Positions 57,222 to 64,000 of a stretch of DNA of 64,000 nucleotides are shown here, one piece after another. Origin of the DNA: a virus. The notes beneath the pieces were generated by a model. That model was not told the origin of the DNA. It did not search any database and saw only the letters and a program-made list of their open reading frames with translations. Where the stretch lies: the IMG/VR virus record IMGVR_UViG_3300021373_000005, one strand, 5' to 3'. Position numbers and translations under genes: made by a program. The stretch's first letter is position 1. Every line of letters begins with the position of its first letter.

Positions 57222-57668
57222 ATGAAAATTGGATTTACTTGTAGTAGCTTTGACTTACTTCATGCAGGACATGTTCAGATGCTAAGAGATGCAAAAGAGC
57301 AATGTGATTATTTAATTGTAGGATTACAAATGAACCCTGCAGCCGACCGACCAAAAGAAAAGAACCCTCCTATTCAAAGTATCGTTGAAAGATATACTCA
57401 ATTAAAAGCAGTAAGCTATGTTGATGAAATCATTCCTTATTCAACCGAAAGAGATCTTGAAGATATATTAGAATTATATACAATTCATGTTCGTATCTTG
57501 GGTGAAGAATATAGAGATAAAGAATTTACAGGAAAAGATATTTGTCGTAAACGAGATGTTGAACTATTTTTCAATAAAAGAGATCATAGATTTAGTACAT
57601 CAGGATTAAGAAAGAATTGTGCTTGGACAAATAAGGACGGTGATTGGAAGATGACCGCCGAGGGATAA
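57222..57668 (+). CDS. Glycerol-3-phosphate cytidylyltransferase-like (TagD-type HIGH nucleotidyltransferase)
   Basis: GFTCSSFDLLHAGH, CDYLIVGLQ, QSIVERYTQL.AV.YVDEIIPY and RDHRFSTS motifs. Confidence 0.88.
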   Translation: MKIGFTCSSFDLLHAGHVQMLRDAKEQCDYLIVGLQMNPAADRPKEKNPPIQSIVERYTQLKAVSYVDEIIPYSTERDLEDILELYTIHVRILGEEYRDKEFTGKDICRKRDVELFFNKRDHRFSTSGLRKNCAWTNKDGDWKMTAEG

Positions 57669-58216
57669 ATAATACTATGAAAGATAAAGATGATAAAATA
57701 GCACAGGCATTGAATATGAGATCTTTACAAGAAGCTGAAGATGAAAAGCAAGAAGCCTTAGATAGATTAAATCCAGAGAAACTGCCTGACATTCCAACGA
57801 ATTCTTTTTCAACCAATGAAGAAGCTGAACTTGCAGAAAGTGTAGATTCTGTGAAGAATTTACCGCAAGAAAGTGTAGTTCAACCTCCTGCAGTTATAAG
57901 TAAAGAAGCAGAAGAAAATTTAAAAGACATTGAATTAGCAAAAGCAAACATTGAGAATATTATTAATCTTGGTGATGATTCTGTTAAAGAAATGGTTGAA
58001 ATCGCAAAGCAATCTGAATCTCCTCGAGCCTTTGAGGTTGTATCTACTTTAATGAAAACATTACTTGATGCAAACAAAGATTATGTTGAAATGTCAACAA
58101 AGAAAAGATACGCTAAGGAAGAAGAATCTCCATCTACTCAAGTTACGAATAATAATTTAATTGTCTCAACCGCAGATTTATTAAAAATGATAAAGGGTGA
58201 TAACGAGGATGGATAG
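57644..58216 (+). CDS. gp16: Terminase small subunit, T4 gp16-like (start could be 57677)
   Basis: D(I)ELAKANIENII...EIAKQSESPRAFEVVSTLMK and NNLIVSTADLLKM motifs; directly upstream of the large terminase. Confidence 0.85.
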   Translation: MEDDRRGINNTMKDKDDKIAQALNMRSLQEAEDEKQEALDRLNPEKLPDIPTNSFSTNEEAELAESVDSVKNLPQESVVQPPAVISKEAEENLKDIELAKANIENIINLGDDSVKEMVEIAKQSESPRAFEVVSTLMKTLLDANKDYVEMSTKKRYAKEEESPSTQVTNNNLIVSTADLLKMIKGDNEDG

Positions 58217-59822
58217 AGGATACCTCGGCAATTCATATCTTAAAAAGATTGGAGAACAAATAGAATTTACTCCTGAAATGCTTAAAGAGTATATGAAGTG
58301 TGCTGAAGATCCAGTTTACTTTGCTGAGAATTATATTAAAATTGTACATGTTGATAAAGGATTAATTCCAATGAATATGTATGATTACCAAAAAGATATT
58401 ACAAGAAAGATTACAGATTCAAGGCGTGTTGCTGTATTAACATCAAGACAAGCAGGAAAGACTACAACAGCAGTAGCAGTTATATTACACTACATCTTGT
58501 TTAATGAATTCAAGACTGTTGCCATATTGGCAAACAAAGGAGATGCGGCAAGAGAGGTATTAGGAAGGATACAGCTTGCTTATGAAGCATTACCTAAGTG
58601 GATGCAGCAAGGTATTGAAGAATGGAATAAAGGTAATATAACATTAGAGAATGGTTGTAAGATTTATGCAGGAACAACAACGAGTTCAGCAATTCGTGGT
58701 AAATCTATTTCATTCCTATATCTTGATGAGGTTGCGTTTATTGAAGGCTTTAATGAATTCTTTGCTTCTGTATATCCAACAATTTCATCAGGTCAAAGTA
58801 CAAAATTATTAATGACTTCAACACCTAATGGATTAAACCATTTTTGGAAAACTTGTAAAGGTGCCAGAGAAGGAACAAATGGATATGAGTTTGTTGAAGT
58901 AATGTGGTATGATGTTCCTGGGAGAGATGAAAATTGGAAAGATGAAACTCTCGAAGCTTTAGATTTTGACCAAGAAAAGTTTGAGCAGGAATATTGTTGT
59001 CAGTTCTTAGGTAGTTCAGGTACACTAATAAGTGGTGCCAAACTCAAAGAACTTGCTCCTTCTGTGCCAATACATGAGGCTGAAGGTATTACACAATATG
59101 AAGCAGTAATCCCAGAACGTTCATATGTTATGATAGTTGATGTATCGAGAGGTAAAGGTCTTGATTATTCGGCGTTCACTATACTTGACGCAACAGAAAT
59201 GCCATACAAGCAAGTATGTGTCTTTAAGGATAATACGATAAGTCCAGTAGACTTTGCTTCTGTTATATATAGAATAGGGCTGATGTACAATGAGAGTGCA
59301 GTTTTAATTGAAATTAATGATATCGGTGAACAAGTTGCAGATATACTCTTTATGGATTACGGCTATGAAAATCTTCTCTTTACTGAAAACCACGGGAGAG
59401 CCGGGAAGCAAGTATCAAATTTTGGAGGGAAGAGAGCAGATCATGGAATACGAACAACAAGAAGTGTAAAATCAAAAGGTTGTTCTATATTGAAACTATT
59501 AATTGAACAAAATCAGTTAATAATACAGGATTATAACACAATACAGGAGTTATCACGTTTTAGTAAAAAAGGTAATTCTTATGAAGCAGAGTCAGGTTTT
59601 AATGATGATCTCGTAATGACCTTAGTACTGTTTGCATGGTTATCTGACCAACGGTTCTTTAGAGAACTTACAGATATTAATACCTTAGCAGCGTTGAAAG
59701 AAAAAACAGAACAACAGCTTGATGAAGAATTATTACCTTTCGGATTTATAGATACAGGAGATCCTACGCCAGACGAGCAAGGATGGATTGAATATAGACC
59801 AGAAAGAACATTTGAGATATAA
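58197..59822 (+). CDS. gp17: Terminase large subunit, T4 gp17-like (start could be 58209)
   Basis: YLGNSYLKK, Walker A SRQAGKTT, Walker B FLYLDEVAF, STPNGLNHF, nuclease DVSRGKGLDYS and DDLVM motifs. Confidence 0.96.
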   Translation: MITRMDRGYLGNSYLKKIGEQIEFTPEMLKEYMKCAEDPVYFAENYIKIVHVDKGLIPMNMYDYQKDITRKITDSRRVAVLTSRQAGKTTTAVAVILHYILFNEFKTVAILANKGDAAREVLGRIQLAYEALPKWMQQGIEEWNKGNITLENGCKIYAGTTTSSAIRGKSISFLYLDEVAFIEGFNEFFASVYPTISSGQSTKLLMTSTPNGLNHFWKTCKGAREGTNGYEFVEVMWYDVPGRDENWKDETLEALDFDQEKFEQEYCCQFLGSSGTLISGAKLKELAPSVPIHEAEGITQYEAVIPERSYVMIVDVSRGKGLDYSAFTILDATEMPYKQVCVFKDNTISPVDFASVIYRIGLMYNESAVLIEINDIGEQVADILFMDYGYENLLFTENHGRAGKQVSNFGGKRADHGIRTTRSVKSKGCSILKLLIEQNQLIIQDYNTIQELSRFSKKGNSYEAESGFNDDLVMTLVLFAWLSDQRFFRELTDINTLAALKEKTEQQLDEELLPFGFIDTGDPTPDEQGWIEYRPERTFEI

Positions 59823-59833
59823 ATTTCAATTAT

Positions 59834-59841
59834 TATAAATA
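59834..59841 (+). promoter_or_regulatory. T4 late promoter TATAAATA
   Basis: Exact consensus upstream of gp18; AAGGAG SD at about 59891. Confidence 0.78.
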
Positions 59842-59903
59842 AAACTGTGATAACTATAAAATAGTAAATAGATTTAAAATAGATAATATTAAAGGAGAAT
59901 AAT

Positions 59904-61898
59904 ATGGCTTTTTCCGTAAGTCCTTCCGTAATTGTTCGAGAGGTGGACGCATCAGCATCGGTTCCTGCCATCGCAACACCACCTGCAGCAATGGCTGGTG
60001 TGTTTAGATGGGGTCCTGTAGGTGAAGCAATTCTTGTTTCTTCAGAGAATGAATTAGTACAACGTTTTGGTGAACCCAATGACGATAACTATGAAACATT
60101 CTTTGTAGCTGCAGACTATCTTTCATACGCAAACGCATTATGGGTTGCCCGTGCAGACAATGGAGCAGTTACTGCTTCCTCAAGTTCTGTTTCTTACCAT
60201 GCAAATGGTGACATTAACGTCACAACATCTGGTTCATTTGATGCATTATATCCAGGATCCTTGGGTAATTCATTAGAAGTTGCATATGTTAAAGATACAA
60301 ACTTTTCAACAGATATAATTGCTGCAGCAGAAATTCCAACTACACGAATCACAGGTGCAAACTCTGAGGTTATAGCAACCGCGCAAACAATTACATTTAA
60401 CAGTAACACAATTTCATTTGAGGTAATTCCATCAAACGCAATTGATTTAGCAAATACTGAACCGGTTGTAGCAGGTGATATACTTGTTATTGGTAACGAT
60501 TCAGTTGGCTATCAAGAAATTGTCCTTGACAGTATTACTGAAACTACAAGAGCTGCCGATGGTCAAGAAACTGCAAACACTGCATTAATTACTTCGCATG
60601 CTTATGACATAACTTTAGCAAGTCCTTACAGATTAACTGAAACATCTTTAAATAAGTTAAAAATCAGTAGAAAGTGGGCATACTCAAAATCATTTATAAC
60701 TGCTCCAAGTACAGGTAATTATCATATCGCAGTTATTGACGAAGATGGTTTAATTAGTGGAGATGCTGGAACATTATTAGAAATATATTCTGATGTATCA
60801 ACATCCTCAACTGCAAAACTTCCTGATGGTCGTACCAACTACTATAAAGAAGTTATTGAACAACAATCAGCTTGGGTTAAAGTTGCTAATACAACTCATT
60901 TTGAAGCTCAAACAGCGCAATATGAATCATTAGGTGTTAACGTAGGCGGTCTAACCGGCGACTTAGCTGATAACAGCGCAAACGTTGGTACAGATGGTAG
61001 AACAGAATCTACAGCAACACTTGCTGACTTAGCATCTGCTTATGATTTATTCAAATCTTCAAACGAAATTGATATATCATTCGTATTAGGTGGTAAATCA
61101 GACGATGCAGGTAATCTTGCTACATACTTGATTTCAAATATTGCTGATTACAGAAAAGATGCAGTTGCATTTGTTTCCCCTTCTAAAGCAGACGTTGTTG
61201 ATGAATCAAAATCAGAAACTAAATTAGCAAACATTATTGCATTTAAGAACAGCCTCCCAGCTTCTTCTTACTATGTAATGGATTCTGGTTACAAGTATAG
61301 ATACGATAGATATAACGATGTATATAGATATACTCCACTTAACGGTGATATCGCAGGTCTTTCTTCAAGAGTTGAACCTTTTGAATCTCCTGCCGGTTTC
61401 CGTAAGGGTGTAATCAAGAATGTTGTTAAGCTTGCTTTCAATCCTAACAAAGCTCAAAGAGACCAATTGTATAGTTCAAATATTAATCCAGTTATGGCTC
61501 AGGTAGGACGAGGAATTGTTCTATTCGGTGATAAAACAGGATTAGGTGCTAACTCTGCATTTGATAGTATTAATGTTAGAAGATTGTTTATAGCGGTTGA
61601 AAAGGCAATTGCCAATGCAGCCGAAGGATTCTTATTTGAATTGAACGATGAGTTTACTCAATCACAATTCAAAGGAATCGTTGAACCATTCTTAAGAGAC
61701 ATTCAAGGTAAAAGAGGAATTGTTGATTTTAGAGTAGTTTCTGACACAACTGTTAATACACCTTCGGTTATTGACCAAGGTAAGTTCAGAGCTAATATCT
61801 TTATTAAACCTGCACGTTCAATTAATGTTATCGAATTAACTTTCGTGGCAACAAGAAGCGGTGTAGAGTTTGATGAAATCGTTGGGTCACTAACATAA
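59904..61898 (+). CDS. gp18: Tail sheath protein, T4 gp18-like
   Basis: SPSVIVREVD, FRWGP, SPAGFRKG, RDQLYSSNINPV, GDKT, INVRRLF, FELNDEFT and IKPARSINVIELTFVATRSGVEFDE motifs. Confidence 0.96.
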   Translation: MAFSVSPSVIVREVDASASVPAIATPPAAMAGVFRWGPVGEAILVSSENELVQRFGEPNDDNYETFFVAADYLSYANALWVARADNGAVTASSSSVSYHANGDINVTTSGSFDALYPGSLGNSLEVAYVKDTNFSTDIIAAAEIPTTRITGANSEVIATAQTITFNSNTISFEVIPSNAIDLANTEPVVAGDILVIGNDSVGYQEIVLDSITETTRAADGQETANTALITSHAYDITLASPYRLTETSLNKLKISRKWAYSKSFITAPSTGNYHIAVIDEDGLISGDAGTLLEIYSDVSTSSTAKLPDGRTNYYKEVIEQQSAWVKVANTTHFEAQTAQYESLGVNVGGLTGDLADNSANVGTDGRTESTATLADLASAYDLFKSSNEIDISFVLGGKSDDAGNLATYLISNIADYRKDAVAFVSPSKADVVDESKSETKLANIIAFKNSLPASSYYVMDSGYKYRYDRYNDVYRYTPLNGDIAGLSSRVEPFESPAGFRKGVIKNVVKLAFNPNKAQRDQLYSSNINPVMAQVGRGIVLFGDKTGLGANSAFDSINVRRLFIAVEKAIANAAEGFLFELNDEFTQSQFKGIVEPFLRDIQGKRGIVDFRVVSDTTVNTPSVIDQGKFRANIFIKPARSINVIELTFVATRSGVEFDEIVGSLT

Positions 61899-61904
61899 TA
61901 AATA
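61896..61904 (+). promoter_or_regulatory. Putative late promoter variant TAATAAATA
   Basis: At the gp18 stop, upstream of gp19 with AAAGGAG SD. Confidence 0.5.
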
Positions 61905-61928
61905 ATTATTAAATAAAGGAGAATAAGA

Positions 61929-62462
61929 ATGGCGTTTAATATTAATGAGTTCAAATCCCAGTTAACTGGCGGTGGTGCTCGAGCTAATCTTTTCCAAGTG
62001 CAAATTCTAAACCCTGTTGACCCGGTGGCTGATTTCAAAATTCCATTCATGGTTAAAGGTGCAAACATTCCTGCTTCCGATATCGCTTCTTACAAAGTGA
62101 ATTATTTCGGAAGACAGGTTGCATATGCAGGTGATAGAACATTCGCTACTTGGGAAGTGACAGTTATTAATGATGAGGATTATCAAATTCGCAATTCTAT
62201 GGAAGCGTGGATGAATTCTATTAATTCACACCAAGGAAATATTTCTGGTTTACCCCAGGATTATAAAACTGATGCATTAATTACGCATTTCAGTAAAAAT
62301 GGAGATCCTCTTAGAACATATAAATTTGAGGGATTATTCCCAACAACCGTTAGCTCAATGGCAATGGGATGGGATACCGCAGCAGGTATTCAGGAATTTA
62401 CAGTAAGCTTCGACTACGACTTATGGACAGTCGAAGGAAATACTGGTATTCCAACTACATAA
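61929..62462 (+). CDS. gp19: Tail tube protein, T4 gp19-like
   Basis: GGGARANLFQV, YFGRQV..AGDRTF..WEVTVINDEDY and FPT.VS....WD....IQEFTV.F.YD motifs. Confidence 0.95.
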   Translation: MAFNINEFKSQLTGGGARANLFQVQILNPVDPVADFKIPFMVKGANIPASDIASYKVNYFGRQVAYAGDRTFATWEVTVINDEDYQIRNSMEAWMNSINSHQGNISGLPQDYKTDALITHFSKNGDPLRTYKFEGLFPTTVSSMAMGWDTAAGIQEFTVSFDYDLWTVEGNTGIPTT

Positions 62463-62481
62463 TTAAATAATAGGTGATATT

Positions 62482-64000
62482 TTGAAAATTTTTGGCTTTG
62501 ATATAAAGAGGGCAGAGGAGGAGACCACTTTACCGGTTTCTTTTGCCGAACCCTCTAATGATGATGGAGCGATTACGGTTGGTAATGCTCTAGGTGGTTT
62601 TTATAATACGATACTTGATATGGAAGGTTCCGCTAAAACGGAATCTGAGTTAATTACAAGATATCGTCACATGTCAATGCAGCCTGAGGTTTCTCAGGCA
62701 ATTGATGACATTGTGAATGAGGCAATTAGTGTTGATACAAATGATAGAGTTGTTGAAATCTCTTTAGGAGAAACAGTTTTATCAGATAAAGTAAAGAAGT
62801 CGGTTATTAAAGAATTTGATAACATACTTGCATTATTTGATTTTACAAACAATGCATATGATATGTTTTTCAAGTTCTACGTTGACGGAAGATTAAATTA
62901 TCATATTATTATTGACCCTGAGGATGTAAAGAAAGGTGTTTTAGAATTAAGATATGTTGACCCTCGTAAACTAAAATTGATACGAGAAGTAGACAAGAAG
63001 AGTAAAGATAAGCATTCAGGAATACCTGTTAAGAAAGTTAAAAATGAGTATTATATGTATTCTGAAAACGGGTTTCAGAATGCGGGTACAGGAGCCGGTG
63101 GTACTTCAAGTACAACAGGTGTAAAGATTGCGAAGGACTCTATAGCAAGAGTAACTTCAGGATTGATGAATGAGAATAACAGTTTAGTATTATCTCATTT
63201 ACATCCAGCAGGTAAAGCTTTAAATCAGCTGAGAATGTTGGAAGATGCTGTTGTAATATACACGTTAACAAGAGCACCAGAAAGAAGAATTTTTTATATT
63301 GATGTAGGTAACTTGCCAAAGAATAAGGCAGAGCAATATCTTAGAGATATGATGGCTCGACATAAGAACAAGTTACAGTACAATTCAGAATCAGGACAGA
63401 TTACTGATTCTCGTAAGATGCTAACAATGACTGAGGACTTTTGGTTCCCTCGTCGTGGTGGAGAAAGGTCAACTGAAGTTGATACCCTCGCAGGAGGTAA
63501 TGCACCAGGATTGAGTGGTAACGAAAACTTAGAGTATTTTCAACGCAAATTATATAAAGCGTTGAAAGTACCTTTATCGCGTTTAGAACCAGAGGCAATG
63601 GCAACCTTCGGTAGAACATCAGAGATTACTCGAGATGAACTGAAGTTTGGTAAATTTATTAGAAGAATTCGTGCACGTTTCTCATGGATATTCAATATGG
63701 TATTAGAGAAACAATTAATTCTAAAAGGAATTTTAACACCTGAGGAATTTAACGAAATCCGTAATGACATACGTTATGATTTTGTTAAAGATAATTATTT
63801 TGAGGAATTAAAGGAAGCTGAGATTCTGAGAGAAAGATTGAATACTTTAAGGGATATATCCGATTACACAGGAAAGTATTTCTCTCATCAGTGGATTACT
63901 CAAAACATTCTGCAAATGTCTGAAGAAGATGCACAGAAAATGGAAGATGAAATTGCAGATGAAAAGGCTCAAGGTGGACATGCAGAAGATGATGCATATT
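62482..64000 (+). CDS. gp20: Portal vertex protein, T4 gp20-like (TTG start; runs off the window end)
   Basis: AGGTGA SD then TTG AAA ATT TTT GGC (MKIFGFDIKR). Translation gives ELITRYRHMSMQPEVSQAIDDIVNEAI, FYVDGR, LRMLEDAVVIYTLTRAPERRIFYIDVGNLPK, EDFWFPRRGGERSTEVDTL and ITRDELKF; open to base 64000. Missing from the supplied ORF track. Confidence 0.95.
   Translation, partial: MKIFGFDIKRAEEETTLPVSFAEPSNDDGAITVGNALGGFYNTILDMEGSAKTESELITRYRHMSMQPEVSQAIDDIVNEAISVDTNDRVVEISLGETVLSDKVKKSVIKEFDNILALFDFTNNAYDMFFKFYVDGRLNYHIIIDPEDVKKGVLELRYVDPRKLKLIREVDKKSKDKHSGIPVKKVKNEYYMYSENGFQNAGTGAGGTSSTTGVKIAKDSIARVTSGLMNENNSLVLSHLHPAGKALNQLRMLEDAVVIYTLTRAPERRIFYIDVGNLPKNKAEQYLRDMMARHKNKLQYNSESGQITDSRKMLTMTEDFWFPRRGGERSTEVDTLAGGNAPGLSGNENLEYFQRKLYKALKVPLSRLEPEAMATFGRTSEITRDELKFGKFIRRIRARFSWIFNMVLEKQLILKGILTPEEFNEIRNDIRYDFVKDNYFEELKEAEILRERLNTLRDISDYTGKYFSHQWITQNILQMSEEDAQKMEDEIADEKAQGGHAEDDAY

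Noticed and set aside
1979-63770. Numerous minus-strand and alternate-frame ORFs in the track (e.g. 3337..3750, 11900..12358, 28217..28705, 34817..35260, 36393..36818, 59579..60079, 63540..63770)
   Set aside because: They lie antisense to or inside long genes with clear motifs, have no motifs of their own, and are expected shadows of repetitive Thr/Gly/Val codon usage.
58197-64000. Introns, inteins or homing endonucleases in terminase, sheath or portal
   Set aside because: All three read through with normal length and no LAGLIDADG/HNH/GIY-YIG or intein motifs were seen.
1-64000. tRNA, rRNA or other structured RNA genes
   Set aside because: Intergenic gaps are short (mostly under 150 nt) and AT-rich, and no cloverleaf or conserved RNA motif was recognised by eye.

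Overview
This is a 64 kb segment of the late (virion morphogenesis) region of a large, AT-rich T4-like myovirus, most likely an aquatic or marine phage; the host cannot be determined from this window. Every credible gene is on the + strand. The T4 core order is recognisable at both ends: baseplate wedge gp8 at the left, then neck gp13/gp14, tail terminator gp15, terminase gp16/gp17, sheath gp18, tube gp19 and portal gp20 at the right. The portal has a TTG start, is absent from the supplied ORF track and runs off the window end. Between gp8 and gp13 lies a ~50 kb island of giant repeat-built fibre/appendage genes (1814, 3518, 1706, 1316, 1132 and ~3700 aa). The island also holds three S74-type intramolecular chaperone domains, a glycan-modification cassette and a set of paralogous small adhesin-like genes; a subtilase lies just upstream of gp8. 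T4-type late promoters (TATAAATA/AATAAATA) punctuate the region. The most striking observation is in the 3518-aa protein: 11 tandem alpha-helical domains, each with an invariant C-x-R-D motif, whose spacing and flanking helices mirror the bilin-binding core of phycobiliproteins (phycocyanin alpha Cys84-x-Arg86-Asp87). This suggests a phage structural protein built from phycobiliprotein/globin-like domains that might bind a chromophore. All family assignments come from motif recognition by eye; no database search was run.
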